A stretch of 42,255 bases of DNA from Prevotella sp. (GCA_036752365.1 DAIOSW010000001.1:1-42255); one strand, 5' to 3'. Numbered from the stretch's first letter, positions 1-10,328 are shown. The notes: a model not told the origin generated them from the sequence alone. Translations and numbers: made by a program.

Positions 1-1
1 A

Positions 2-1639
2 TGTATCACCATTCCGGATAAGAAGATCTTACCGTGCAAAAAAATCTCCATGGATATAAAAACAAAAACAAACTCCACGTTTTCGTTATCGGTAAGAGAT
101 TATGCTACAGAGATAAATGGCTGTAGTCAGGATGCCAGAACATGGATGCTTCTGACAAGTGATCTGAAAGGATTCATAGAGAATCCTCAATATTATTTAG
201 AAAAAAATGACGATAAACACAGACGTGCTACAGATTTACTGATGTTGGTACAGGGGTGGCGCAGGTATGACCTGTCTGTAATGACAGGAGAAAAGAAGTT
301 TGAAAAGCAACAACCTTGTGAGAATGCACTATATGTGGATGGAAGATTATATGTGAAAGATGAAAAAGAAAAGGTTGACGGTATTCCGTTGACGATGTCT
401 TTATATAATCAATATGGAAATGTCATGCAGGGTGAGACAGTTTCGGATCATGGTGGGAATTATGCCATACAGGTGCCTGACTGTGAAGGTGATTGGACGA
501 TGCTGATAGATGCCGGAAAAGATAAAGTGCCTGCTAATCTTACGATAGGTATTAACAGACATTTTTCTCCGAAATGTCGTTATATCTCTTATTTTGAATC
601 ACAAATGTCTCCAATCGAAACACCTAATATCATCATGAAAGACGGTGAGGAAAAACCGGATTCCATCTTGTCAATGACAGAGAAGACCCATGTCATTAAA
701 GAGATAAATGTAAAAGGGCATCGTGTGTATGATGACGCAAGAAAGGTGTGGGAGAACGAAAGTGTTGGCTTATCTACGGCAAATTTGTATTATGATTGTT
801 CAAAGGCTTCTGATGAGATGATAGATAAGGGAGAAGAAATGCCCGATTTTTACGATTGGATAAAAAACAGAAATTCATTTTTCGCAGGTTCCGTACAGGT
901 AAGTGTGGATGAAGGTAGGGATTATGAGCGTATTTATCGTTCAAAAAGTAGCAGGAATAGTCCTGAAACAAATGGACTGAAAATAGTTGAATTCCGCCCT
1001 ATTGCGGGAGATGCAAATGAGGCATTGACAAGCTCAAATGGGAAAGTCTATGTGGAGAATGTAGACAAGATTCAAAGCAAAAACGTTAATTTGATTAATA
1101 AAATTTTTGATACAGGATTTAAGTATAAGGGACGACCTGTAATATGGGTTATGAATAATAAGTTTGCTAATATAACGGGGTTGGAGGATCATGTAAAGAT
1201 AGACGACATTATAAATGATGTGGATTTCTGCATTGACGATATTCCAACCAGTTTGGATGAGATCAAATCTGTTTGTATCTCGGAAGATGAAAATGTATGG
1301 GAACATTATATTTCATACGAGAAGCTTGCAAAGAATCACCCGGTGACAGTATTTGTTTATACGTTTCATGAGTTTGCTAAGGATGTAAAGGGCTTGCGCC
1401 GAACACATTTTGAGGGATTTGCAAAGAGTGAAACCTTTAAGATGAATGATTACAATCTGATGCCTCCGGAAGCTGATTATCGCCGCACCTTATACTGGAA
1501 TCCAAATGTAACAACGGATAAGGACGGTAAGGCTAAAATAGACTTTTATAATAACTCCTCGTGTAAACAGATGTTTATCTCAGCCGAAGGTATAACTAAA
1601 GATGGTACGCCTATTATATATACAGGTAAATCTGAATAA
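2..1639 (+). CDS. 5'-truncated large Bacteroidetes exported protein with MG2/macroglobulin-like and plug-associated features
   Basis: Frame is open from base 2 (CITIPDKK...) into the ORF at 50. Motifs MLLTSDLKGFIENPQYY, DLLMLVQGWRRY and C-terminal DYRRTLYWNPNVTTDKDGKAKIDFYNN are typical of this family. Confidence 0.65.
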   Translation, partial: CITIPDKKILPCKKISMDIKTKTNSTFSLSVRDYATEINGCSQDARTWMLLTSDLKGFIENPQYYLEKNDDKHRRATDLLMLVQGWRRYDLSVMTGEKKFEKQQPCENALYVDGRLYVKDEKEKVDGIPLTMSLYNQYGNVMQGETVSDHGGNYAIQVPDCEGDWTMLIDAGKDKVPANLTIGINRHFSPKCRYISYFESQMSPIETPNIIMKDGEEKPDSILSMTEKTHVIKEINVKGHRVYDDARKVWENESVGLSTANLYYDCSKASDEMIDKGEEMPDFYDWIKNRNSFFAGSVQVSVDEGRDYERIYRSKSSRNSPETNGLKIVEFRPIAGDANEALTSSNGKVYVENVDKIQSKNVNLINKIFDTGFKYKGRPVIWVMNNKFANITGLEDHVKIDDIINDVDFCIDDIPTSLDEIKSVCISEDENVWEHYISYEKLAKNHPVTVFVYTFHEFAKDVKGLRRTHFEGFAKSETFKMNDYNLMPPEADYRRTLYWNPNVTTDKDGKAKIDFYNNSSCKQMFISAEGITKDGTPIIYTGKSE

Positions 1640-1688
1640 AAAACTAAAATCCCCATAAATGAGGATTGCCCAAGAACGTAATAAGGCG

Positions 1689-1696
1689 TACCTTTG
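1689..1696 (+). promoter_or_regulatory. Bacteroidetes sigma-A -7 element (TACCTTTG) for the TonB-dependent receptor
   Basis: Matches TAnnTTTG 28 nt upstream of ATG 1725, with an A-rich leader. Confidence 0.7.
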
Positions 1697-1724
1697 CAGC
1701 CAAATTAAAAAACTAACAAAAAAG

Positions 1725-4169
1725 ATGTATAGAAAAGTTATAGTTTTTACCGCTCTCATTTCTGCAACATATAGTGGTATGCAAGCAGAAAATACGTATC
1801 GGAACAGTTTGGCATTGATGGACACTTCTAAGGTGGTTGATTTGGATGAAGTGGTTGTCGTAGCACAACCGAAGGAAAATCAGCGTTTACGATTGCAGCC
1901 CGTTGCTGCTTCAGTCTTTTCGTCTAAGGAGATGAGTATGCTGAAGGTTAATGACCTTAAGGATCTGAGTAATATCGTGCCTACCTTTGTTATGCCGTCT
2001 TACGGTTCCAGACTGACATCGGCGATGTATATCCGTGGCATCGGTTCACGTATCAACTATCCTGCTGTAGGTATGTATGTAGACGGAATTCCTTATGTGA
2101 GTAAGAACTCTTATAATTATCATCTATACGGCATCGATAGAATTGATGTGCTTCGCGGGCCGCAAGGTACATTATATGGTGAGAACACCATGGGCGGACT
2201 TGTTCGTATCTATTCAAAAAATCCTATGAACTATCAGGGTACTGATGTTAAATTGGGATGGGGTACACATTTTTACCGTAATGTGGAAATTGAACATTAT
2301 CATAAGGTGAGTGACCAGTTTGCTTTCTCTATCGCAGGATTCTATGATGGCCAGAATGGCTTCTTTAAAAATGTAACTCTTAACAAAAAAGCTGATTTAA
2401 CGAATGAGGCTGGTGGTAAGTTACGTATGATATATTCTCCGACAAAGAGGTTTAGTGTCGACTTTAATGCAAATTACGAATATGTTAACCAGAATGCTTT
2501 TCCTTATGGAGAGTACAATCTGAATACGAACAAAGTAGGTGATGTGACTGCTGATTTTCTAGGAGGTTACAAACGGAACATGTTTAATACAGGTGTTAAT
2601 CTCAAATATGAGGGTCAAAGATATATATTTAACTCAACGACAAGTTATCAATTTCTGAAAGACTATATGACCATGGATACCGATAACAGTCAGTTGGATT
2701 TCTTATATATTACTCAACGTCAGAAGCAGAATGCAATCACACAGGAGTTTACTTTTAAGAATGCACGATCGGGTAGATATCAGTGGGTGTGTGGACTCTT
2801 TGGATCTTATCAATGGCTGAAGACTGATGCACCGGTCAACTTCGGAAAGGATGCTCCTTTCTTAAATACGATAGCAACATCCATACAATCTTCCATGTAC
2901 AATGCAATGGTGAAGGCAATGTCTGCTGGGATGATCGCTAAGGGTATGCCTAAGGCTGACGCTGAGGCTTTAGCTGCAGCAAACATTGCTAAAGCGGGTG
3001 GTGTTTCTATGACTGTCGGTATGGGTGTACCCGGATACTATTCTACTCCCCAATGGAATACCGGTATCTATCACCAATCAAGTTTTGATATAACCGATCG
3101 TTTGAACGCAACATTAGGTCTTCGTTTTGATTATGAGCATGTTTCAATTGATTATAATACTTATGCTAATATGACTTTTGATGCCAATGTGATGGGACAG
3201 AATGCTTCATATATATTATCGTCTAAACTGATTAACTCAACCCATCACGACTATAAACAACTGCTTCCTAAATTGGCTTTAACTTATAAAATATTCGATG
3301 ACGGAAGTAATGTTTATGCTTCGGTAACAAAAGGCTTTCGTTCGGGAGGATACAATATCCAGATGTTTTCGGATATTCTTCAGACAGAGCTGATGGCCAA
3401 CAAGAACAACGCAATGCGTAACAGTTATGATGTACCACATACTGATGCTGATTACAATAATGTGGATAAGACCATTAGTTATAAACCGGAAACAAGCTGG
3501 AACTACGAGGCAGGAACTCATATCAACCTCTTCGATAATAAGATTCATGCGGACTTTTCTGCTTTTTACATGCAGGTGTTAAATCAGCAACTTTCAGTAT
3601 TTGCCAGTCAGTACGGTTTTGGTCGAATGATGGTTAATGCCGGTAAAAGTAGTAGTTGTGGTATAGAGATTGCCTTACGCGGTAGTGCATTTGATAATCA
3701 TTTGCTATGGAATGTCAATTACGGACTGACACATTCTACTTTTAAAGAATATACCGACAGTGTAAAAATTACCGCAAATGATGGTACATCACAATATCAG
3801 AAAGTTGACTATTCTAAGAATTATGTACCTTTTGTACCAATGCATACTTTTGGCGCAAATGCCGACTACAGGTTTGATCTTAATAATTGTGGGGTATTCA
3901 AAGGTATTGTGATTGGTGCCAACGTGAATGGAAATGGGAAAATCTATTGGGATGAGGCGAATACCGCATATCAGAAGATATATGCTGTTGCAGGTGCCCA
4001 TGCTGATCTGGATTTTGGAAATGTATATGTAAGTTTCTGGGGTAAAAATCTCACAGATACAAAATACAATACATTCGCATTCTCGAGTACAGCAACCGGT
4101 TCGACGAAGTATTTTGCTCAACTTGGGAATCCAATACAGATTGGAGTAGATGTGAAGTTACACTTTTAA
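1725..4169 (+). CDS. TonB-dependent outer membrane receptor (non-SusC type)
   Basis: Signal peptide from M at 1725, TonB-box-like LDEVVVVA, plug motif IDRIDVLRGPQGTLYGENTMGGLV, terminal Phe. The ORF-track start at 1659 lies upstream of the promoter. Confidence 0.9.
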   Translation: MYRKVIVFTALISATYSGMQAENTYRNSLALMDTSKVVDLDEVVVVAQPKENQRLRLQPVAASVFSSKEMSMLKVNDLKDLSNIVPTFVMPSYGSRLTSAMYIRGIGSRINYPAVGMYVDGIPYVSKNSYNYHLYGIDRIDVLRGPQGTLYGENTMGGLVRIYSKNPMNYQGTDVKLGWGTHFYRNVEIEHYHKVSDQFAFSIAGFYDGQNGFFKNVTLNKKADLTNEAGGKLRMIYSPTKRFSVDFNANYEYVNQNAFPYGEYNLNTNKVGDVTADFLGGYKRNMFNTGVNLKYEGQRYIFNSTTSYQFLKDYMTMDTDNSQLDFLYITQRQKQNAITQEFTFKNARSGRYQWVCGLFGSYQWLKTDAPVNFGKDAPFLNTIATSIQSSMYNAMVKAMSAGMIAKGMPKADAEALAAANIAKAGGVSMTVGMGVPGYYSTPQWNTGIYHQSSFDITDRLNATLGLRFDYEHVSIDYNTYANMTFDANVMGQNASYILSSKLINSTHHDYKQLLPKLALTYKIFDDGSNVYASVTKGFRSGGYNIQMFSDILQTELMANKNNAMRNSYDVPHTDADYNNVDKTISYKPETSWNYEAGTHINLFDNKIHADFSAFYMQVLNQQLSVFASQYGFGRMMVNAGKSSSCGIEIALRGSAFDNHLLWNVNYGLTHSTFKEYTDSVKITANDGTSQYQKVDYSKNYVPFVPMHTFGANADYRFDLNNCGVFKGIVIGANVNGNGKIYWDEANTAYQKIYAVAGAHADLDFGNVYVSFWGKNLTDTKYNTFAFSSTATGSTKYFAQLGNPIQIGVDVKLHF

Positions 4170-4171
4170 TA

Positions 4172-5296
4172 TCACACTATCATCAAGTCACTCATGATGT
4201 CATCACTGACAAAGATTCCATCTCTCGTGAGTTTCATACGATGATCAATCATAACAAGTCTGCCATTGTCCAGGTGTGGTTTTGCCATATCAAGACAATA
4301 GCAGACTTTTTTCTCTCCAAATATTTCTTTTAATTTATTCAAATCTAAACCATCGGACGTGCGCAGTGACGTAAATACAGTATCATTATAGCGCATCTCC
4401 TCTGTCAGGATCTCTTTTTCTGATGGTGTCTTGCCCGCTTTAATGGTTTTTATATATTCATTGATGTCGGCGATATTCCATTGCCTGCTTGTTATATCGA
4501 AAGAGTGGGCTGAGGCTCCAATGCCGATATATGGCATTTGCTTCCAGTATGAAGAGTTATGTCTTGATTGATATCCATGAATTGCGAAATTAGAGATCTC
4601 ATAATGCTGGTATCCTGCGGTAGTCAACCTATCTATAAGGTAATCATACATTTCTCTGCTAATTTCTTCATCTATCTCATCAAGATCTTTATTCCTTAAC
4701 ATATTATATAGAGGTGTATTCTCTTCATACATCAGACTATATGCAGAGATATGCTCCACTCTTAAAGAGATGGCCATGTTTACATCGTCAATCCAATCAT
4801 TGAGACATTCTTCAGGGAATCCGTACATAAGGTCAATGCTGATGTTCGAAAATCGGTTCATTCTGAGGATGTTTATTGCTTCCCGTATCTGACTGGATGT
4901 ATGCCGTCTTCGTAAGAACTTCAGACGCGAATCATCGAATGTCTGAGCTCCCATACTAATGCGATTTATAGGAAGCTGTTTGATGTATTCTGCATATTCC
5001 GGAGTGATATCATCCGGATTGCATTCTATCGTTATCTCAGGATTATCGGATATATGGTATACATCGTAGATGGTATCGAAAATCTTTTGAAGGTTTTCTA
5101 TAGATAACTGGGATGGAGTACCTCCACCCAGATAGATGGTATCGATGCCTGATTTTACATAGTCATTACGTAACCTCATTTCTCGGCATAGTGCCTCAAC
5201 ATAAGCCTGTTGAAGCCCCGGATAAGTTGTCGAATAGAAATCGCAATAGATACAACGACTCTTACAGAAAGGTATATGTAGATATAATCCTGCCAT
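4172..5296 (-). CDS. hemW: Radical SAM heme chaperone HemW (HemN-like)
   Basis: YLHIPFCKSRCIYCDF, GGGTPS, YEISNFA and the HemW-type HNSSYW motif. Confidence 0.9.
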   Translation of the reverse strand: MAGLYLHIPFCKSRCIYCDFYSTTYPGLQQAYVEALCREMRLRNDYVKSGIDTIYLGGGTPSQLSIENLQKIFDTIYDVYHISDNPEITIECNPDDITPEYAEYIKQLPINRISMGAQTFDDSRLKFLRRRHTSSQIREAINILRMNRFSNISIDLMYGFPEECLNDWIDDVNMAISLRVEHISAYSLMYEENTPLYNMLRNKDLDEIDEEISREMYDYLIDRLTTAGYQHYEISNFAIHGYQSRHNSSYWKQMPYIGIGASAHSFDITSRQWNIADINEYIKTIKAGKTPSEKEILTEEMRYNDTVFTSLRTSDGLDLNKLKEIFGEKKVCYCLDMAKPHLDNGRLVMIDHRMKLTRDGIFVSDDIMSDLMIV

Positions 5297-5338
5297 TTTT
5301 TTACGTGAAAAATATTCTAAATAGTTACTTTAAGGGCG

Positions 5339-5346
5339 CAAAAATA
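5339..5346 (-). promoter_or_regulatory. -7 promoter element (TATTTTTG) for hemW
   Basis: Reverse complement of caaaaata matches TAnnTTTG about 42 nt upstream of the start. Confidence 0.6.
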
Positions 5347-5350
5347 CTAA

Positions 5351-5366
5351 TATGTTTTAAAACAAC
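5351..5366 (+). promoter_or_regulatory. Putative Cur (BT4338, CRP-like) binding site upstream of fusA2
   Basis: TATGTTTTAAAACAAC resembles the palindromic TATGTTnTAnAACATA consensus (recalled). It lies upstream of a -33 TTTG (5387-5390) and a non-consensus -7 TATCTTTC (5411-5418). Confidence 0.6.
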
Positions 5367-5456
5367 AGATATTTTTAAGTATTTCTTTTGCAAAATTCAT
5401 AAAAATAACGTATCTTTCGACGCGTAACAGTTTAACGCTTTAAATCTATAGTAAAA

Positions 5457-7616
5457 ATGAAAGTATACCAAACAGATGAAATTAAAAACATTGCCCTAGT
5501 GGGCAGTGCTGGAGCCGGTAAAACCACCCTCGCAGAGTCTATGCTTTTCGAGAGTGGTATTATAAAACGTCGTGGCAGTGTTACTGCCAAGAATACGGTA
5601 AGTGATTATTTTCCTGTAGAACAGGATTATGGCTATTCAGTGTTCTCAACTGTTTTTCATGTGGAATGGAATAACAAGAAACTGAACATTATTGACTGTC
5701 CAGGTTCGGATGATTTCGTTGGCGGTGCCATAACAGCATTAAATGTGACAGATCAGGCTGTTATTGTTCTTAATGGACAGTATGGCGTGGAAGTGGGTAC
5801 ACAGAATAACTTTCGCTATACAGAGAAACTTCAAAAACCTGTCATTTTCCTTGTAAATCAGTTGGATAGTGATAAATGCGACTTTGACAGTATTATGAAC
5901 AGTCTTAAAGATATATATGGGCAAAAGGTTGTTCCCATTCAATACCCGATAGAAACAGGCCCTAATTTCAATTCATTGATAGACGTCCTGCTGATGAAGA
6001 AATATTCATGGAACCCGGAAGGTGGCGTTCCAACGATTGAGGATATTCCTGCAGATCAAATGGATAAAGCTCTTGAAATGCACAAAGCCTTGGTCGAGGC
6101 GGCAGCTGAGAATGATGAGTCTCTGATGGAAAAATTCTTTGAAAGCGAGACTCTTACAGAAGATGAAATGCGTATTGGTATCAGAAAGGGACTTGTAACT
6201 CGTTCTATCTTCCCCGTATTTTGCGTTTGTGCAGGTAAAGATATGGGTGTTCGCCGCTTGATGGAATTCCTTGGAAATGTTGTTCCTTTTGTATGTGACA
6301 TGCCTAAGTTGCATAATACCCGTGGTGAGGAGGTTGAAGTTGATAGTAAAGCTCCTACATCATTGTATTTCTTTAAAACAGGAGTAGAACCGCATATCGG
6401 TGAGGTCTCTTATTTTAAGGTGATGAGTGGAAAAGTGCATGAAGGAGACGACTTGTCAAACTCCGACAGAGGTTCAAAAGAGCGTATAGCTCAGATTTAT
6501 GCATGCGCAGGAGCTAACCGAATCAAAGTGGAAGAACTTGTTGCGGGTGATATTGGTTGTACCGTTAAACTGAAAGACGTAAAGACAGGAAATACACTTG
6601 TTGGAAAAGAGTGTGACCATAGATTTAATTTCATCAAATATCCTAATTCTAAATATTCTCGTGCTATCAAGGCCGTTAACGAAGCTGAAACGGAGAAGAT
6701 GATGGCTATTGTCAACCGTATGCGCGAAGAAGATCCAACTTGGGTTGTTGAACAAAGCAAAGAATTGAAGCAGACAATCATCCATGGTCAGGGTGAGTTC
6801 CATTTACGTACACTGAAATGGCGTCTGGAAAATAATGAAAAGATTCAGGTGAAGTTTGAAGATCCAAAAATTCCATACCGTGAGACAATAACCAAGGCAT
6901 CCAGAGCAGACTATCGTCATAAGAAACAGTCTGGTGGTGCAGGACAGTTTGGTGAAGTTCATCTCATTGTAGAACCTTATGCAGAAGGAATGCCTGATCC
7001 AACGATATATCATTTTAATGGCCAGGAATATAGAATTAATATCAAGAATAGGGAAGAGGTGTCACTCGAATGGGGTGGTAAACTCGTCTTTATTAACTCT
7101 GTTGTCGGTGGTGCTATTGATACACGTTTTATGCCTGCAATATTAAAGGGTGTCATGGAACGCATGGTTCAGGGACCTCTTACGGGTAGCTATGCTCGTG
7201 ATGTAAGGGTTATCGTCTATGATGGAAAAATGCATCCTGTTGATAGTAATGAACTTTCGTTTATGCTTGCCGGACGTAATGCCTTTAGCGAAGCCTTTAA
7301 AAATGCCGGTCCGAAAATCCTTGAGCCAATATATGATATCGAAGTTTTTGTCCCCAGTGACTATATGGGCGACGTGATGAGTGATCTTCAAGGTCGTCGT
7401 GCTATGATTATGGGTATGGATAGCGAGGCCGGTTATCAAAAACTGCAGGCTAAAGTTCCATTGAAAGAACTAAATAACTATTCTATCTCTTTGAGTTCAA
7501 TTACAGGAGGAAGAGCGTCATTTACGACCAAGTTTGCCAGTTATGAACTTGTTCCTAATGATATTCAACTGCAACTGATTGCTGCACATGAAGCTGAATT
7601 GGCAAAAGATGAGTAA
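5457..7616 (+). CDS. fusA2: Elongation factor G paralog EF-G2
   Basis: EF-G architecture (GAGKTT, HKKQSGGAGQFGEV, YDGKMHPVDS, ILEPIY). DCPGSDDF lacks the catalytic His and there is a domain IV insertion. Synteny hemW-fusA2-rprXY-rpsF. Confidence 0.9.
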   Translation: MKVYQTDEIKNIALVGSAGAGKTTLAESMLFESGIIKRRGSVTAKNTVSDYFPVEQDYGYSVFSTVFHVEWNNKKLNIIDCPGSDDFVGGAITALNVTDQAVIVLNGQYGVEVGTQNNFRYTEKLQKPVIFLVNQLDSDKCDFDSIMNSLKDIYGQKVVPIQYPIETGPNFNSLIDVLLMKKYSWNPEGGVPTIEDIPADQMDKALEMHKALVEAAAENDESLMEKFFESETLTEDEMRIGIRKGLVTRSIFPVFCVCAGKDMGVRRLMEFLGNVVPFVCDMPKLHNTRGEEVEVDSKAPTSLYFFKTGVEPHIGEVSYFKVMSGKVHEGDDLSNSDRGSKERIAQIYACAGANRIKVEELVAGDIGCTVKLKDVKTGNTLVGKECDHRFNFIKYPNSKYSRAIKAVNEAETEKMMAIVNRMREEDPTWVVEQSKELKQTIIHGQGEFHLRTLKWRLENNEKIQVKFEDPKIPYRETITKASRADYRHKKQSGGAGQFGEVHLIVEPYAEGMPDPTIYHFNGQEYRINIKNREEVSLEWGGKLVFINSVVGGAIDTRFMPAILKGVMERMVQGPLTGSYARDVRVIVYDGKMHPVDSNELSFMLAGRNAFSEAFKNAGPKILEPIYDIEVFVPSDYMGDVMSDLQGRRAMIMGMDSEAGYQKLQAKVPLKELNNYSISLSSITGGRASFTTKFASYELVPNDIQLQLIAAHEAELAKDE

Positions 7617-7637
7617 TTCGTTTTATATCAATATGAT

Positions 7638-7665
7638 AAGGCGGGTAGTAATACCCGCCTTTTTT
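7638..7665 (+). terminator. Rho-independent terminator of fusA2
   Basis: AAGGCGGGTA-gtaa-TACCCGCCTT hairpin followed by a T run. Confidence 0.85.
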
Positions 7666-7781
7666 GTCCAATCTGCTATTCTAATAATGCTCGTATATCC
7701 TGTGTTAATTGCAAATAAGCAATTAATTCATTATATTTAGTTAATAACGTTAAATTTAACTCTTTTACCGTATCTATCTAA

Positions 7782-7811
7782 TTGTCAATTCAGTATTTGT
7801 ATTTATATTTG
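7782..7811 (+). promoter_or_regulatory. rprXY promoter (-33 TTG, 19 nt spacer, -7 TATATTTG)
   Basis: Consensus match ending 4 nt before ATG 7816. Confidence 0.6.
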
Positions 7812-7815
7812 CAAC

Positions 7816-9375
7816 ATGAAAAAGTCAACTATTTGGATAATAAGCATCGTAATGGGACTTTCGTTCCTTGCACTTCTTTTCCTGCAACTCAGTTACATTG
7901 AGGAGATGGTAAAGATGAAGAAGGAACAGTTTGACGAATCTGTTAATAGAAGTCTTTATCAGGCATCAAGAAATCTTGAATTGAATGAGACTTTACGCTA
8001 TTTGGAAAAGGACGTTAATGAGACTGAACGAAGGGCTTTTAAACGTGACTCTATAGAAACACGCTCTGGTAATATTAATGATGTAATACAGCACACCCAT
8101 CAGTTCTCTGTCAGTGGTAAGGATGGCACAGTCTATTCTTCATTCGAGTTGAAGACAATTACAACCCGTCCTTCAACAATGCCTAAGGCTATGATCTTAC
8201 GTAGTGATAAAAATTCTATATCTGAAACTTCCAAGTCGATGCAGGAGATTGTTCGTACACGCTATGTATATCAGAAAGCTCTACTCGATGAGGTGGTATA
8301 TAGCATTCTTTATACAGCAAGTGACAAACCTTTGAAGGAGCGTGTCAATTTCAAGCTCCTTGATCAGGATATAAGATCAGAGCTAATGAACAATGGTATC
8401 AATATTCCATATCACTTCACTGTATCCACTTGCGACGGACGCGAGGTGTACCGTTGTCCTGATTTTGATGAGGCTGGAGAGGAATATACATATAGTCAGG
8501 TGCTATTCCGTAATGATCCATCTTCGAAGATGGGCGTCGTGAGGATTCACTTTCCGGATATGAATAGCTATATCTTTAGTTCTATCAGGTTCATGATACC
8601 ATCATTGATATTTACTGTCGTTCTTCTTATAACCTTTATCTTTACGATCGTTGTTATCTTTAGACAAAAACGACTTACGGAGATTAAAAATGACTTTATC
8701 AATAATATGACGCATGAGTTCAAAACTCCTATCAGTAGTATCTCTCTTGCGGCCCAGATGCTCAATGACGAGAGTGTCACTAAGAGTCCTGTCATGATGA
8801 AACATATAAGTAGAGTCATCAATGATGAAACAAAACGTTTGCGTTTCCAAGTGGAAAAGGTTCTTCAAATGTCAATGTTCGAACGTAAGAAGGCCATACT
8901 AAAGAACCGTGAACTTAATGTTAACAAACTCATTGAGGGGGTTGTCGGTACTTTCAATCTCAAAGTAGAACATAATGAAGGGACAATTGTTACTGACTTG
9001 GTGGCACTGTATCCAACTATCTATGCAGATGAAATGCACTTCACAAATGTGGTATTTAACTTAATGGATAATGCTGTGAAGTATAAAAATCCAGACCGGA
9101 ATCTGGAACTTAATATCTCTACATGGAATGATGAACATCATCTTTATATATCCATATCAGATAATGGTATCGGGATTAAAAAAGAAAATCTGAAAAAGAT
9201 ATTTGATAAATTCTATCGTGTACATACCGGAAACTTACATGATGTCAAAGGATTTGGATTAGGACTCTCTTATGTAAAGAAGATAGTAGATCTTCATAAG
9301 GGTACCATTCATGCAGAAAGTGAGTTGGGAAAAGGAACGAAATTTATAATAACATTACCAATAATTAAAAATTAA
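7816..9375 (+). CDS. rprX: Two-component sensor histidine kinase RprX
   Basis: Two TM segments, H-box NNMTHEFKTP, N-box NLMDNAVKY, DNGIGI, GFGLGL. Confidence 0.9.
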   Translation: MKKSTIWIISIVMGLSFLALLFLQLSYIEEMVKMKKEQFDESVNRSLYQASRNLELNETLRYLEKDVNETERRAFKRDSIETRSGNINDVIQHTHQFSVSGKDGTVYSSFELKTITTRPSTMPKAMILRSDKNSISETSKSMQEIVRTRYVYQKALLDEVVYSILYTASDKPLKERVNFKLLDQDIRSELMNNGINIPYHFTVSTCDGREVYRCPDFDEAGEEYTYSQVLFRNDPSSKMGVVRIHFPDMNSYIFSSIRFMIPSLIFTVVLLITFIFTIVVIFRQKRLTEIKNDFINNMTHEFKTPISSISLAAQMLNDESVTKSPVMMKHISRVINDETKRLRFQVEKVLQMSMFERKKAILKNRELNVNKLIEGVVGTFNLKVEHNEGTIVTDLVALYPTIYADEMHFTNVVFNLMDNAVKYKNPDRNLELNISTWNDEHHLYISISDNGIGIKKENLKKIFDKFYRVHTGNLHDVKGFGLGLSYVKKIVDLHKGTIHAESELGKGTKFIITLPIIKN

Positions 9376-9379
9376 AATT

Positions 9380-10078
9380 ATGGACGACAAATTAAAGATT
9401 CTATTGTGTGAAGATGACGAGAACTTAGGCATGTTGCTTCGTGAGTATCTCGCAGCTAAAGGTTATTACGCAGAACTTTGTCCAGATGGAGAAGTTGGTT
9501 ACAAAACTTTCTTGAAGAATAAGTTTGATATATGTGTGCTAGATGTAATGATGCCTAAAAAGGACGGATTTACACTCGCTCAGGAAATTCGCAGCGCAAA
9601 TGCTGAAATACCTATCATCTTCTTAACAGCAAAAACCCTGAAAGAGGATATTCTTGAAGGATTTAAGATCGGTGGTGATGATTATCTTACAAAACCATTC
9701 TCTATGGAAGAACTCGTTCTTCGTATTGAAGCTATTTTACGTCGTGTTCGTGGAAAGAAGAATAAGGAAAGCTCTGTTTATCATATTGGACGTTTTCTCT
9801 TTGATACTCAGAAACAGCTTCTCTGTATCGGTGACAAACAAACTAAGTTGACTACGAAAGAGAATGAGTTGTTAGGTCTTCTTTGCTCTCATGCAAATGA
9901 AATTCTTCAGCGTGATTTCGCGTTGAAGACAATCTGGATTGATGATAACTATTTCAATGCACGCTCTATGGATGTATACATAACAAAGCTTCGTAAACAT
10001 CTTAAAGATGACGATCAGATTGAAATTATCAACATTCATGGTAAGGGTTATAAACTGATTACACCAGAAGCAGAATAA
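9380..10078 (+). CDS. rprY: OmpR-family response regulator RprY
   Basis: Receiver domain (EDD, LDVMMPKKDG) plus winged helix (RSMDVYITKLRK, HGKGYKL). Confidence 0.92.
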   Translation: MDDKLKILLCEDDENLGMLLREYLAAKGYYAELCPDGEVGYKTFLKNKFDICVLDVMMPKKDGFTLAQEIRSANAEIPIIFLTAKTLKEDILEGFKIGGDDYLTKPFSMEELVLRIEAILRRVRGKKNKESSVYHIGRFLFDTQKQLLCIGDKQTKLTTKENELLGLLCSHANEILQRDFALKTIWIDDNYFNARSMDVYITKLRKHLKDDDQIEIINIHGKGYKLITPEAE

Positions 10079-10091
10079 TCATAGTATGGGT

Positions 10092-10134
10092 AATAATGTG
10101 GGGTGGGCTTTCGGCTTTCCCCACATTGTTTTTT
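10092..10134 (+). terminator. Rho-independent terminator of rprXY
   Basis: AATGTGGGG...CCCCACATT hairpin followed by a T run. Confidence 0.8.
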
Positions 10135-10249
10135 ATAAATTTGTTATCTCAATAAGTGTCTTTTCTATGGAAATAAGTTCTAAATGAGTATAGAAAAAGG
10201 GGATAAACAGCTAAAAACAAATCTTTTTCGACTTAAAAAAAGAAAAGTC

Positions 10250-10280
10250 TTGGCTATTACAAAAAAAAGTAGTACCTTTG
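10250..10280 (+). promoter_or_regulatory. rpsF operon promoter (-33 TTG, 20 nt spacer, -7 TACCTTTG)
   Basis: Bacteroidetes consensus upstream of rpsF. Confidence 0.75.
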
Positions 10281-10328
10281 CGCCGCATTTATTGCAAATA
10301 TTAATAATTAATTAATCAATTAAGTAGT

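Noticed and set aside
5457..7616. EF-G-like gene as a TetQ/TetM ribosomal protection protein
   Set aside because: Length, EF-G domain IV motifs and housekeeping synteny indicate EF-G2.
10281..10328. Possible S6:S18 ribosomal leader RNA
   Set aside because: The leader is short and AU-rich with no convincing conserved structure. It would need a covariance-model search.
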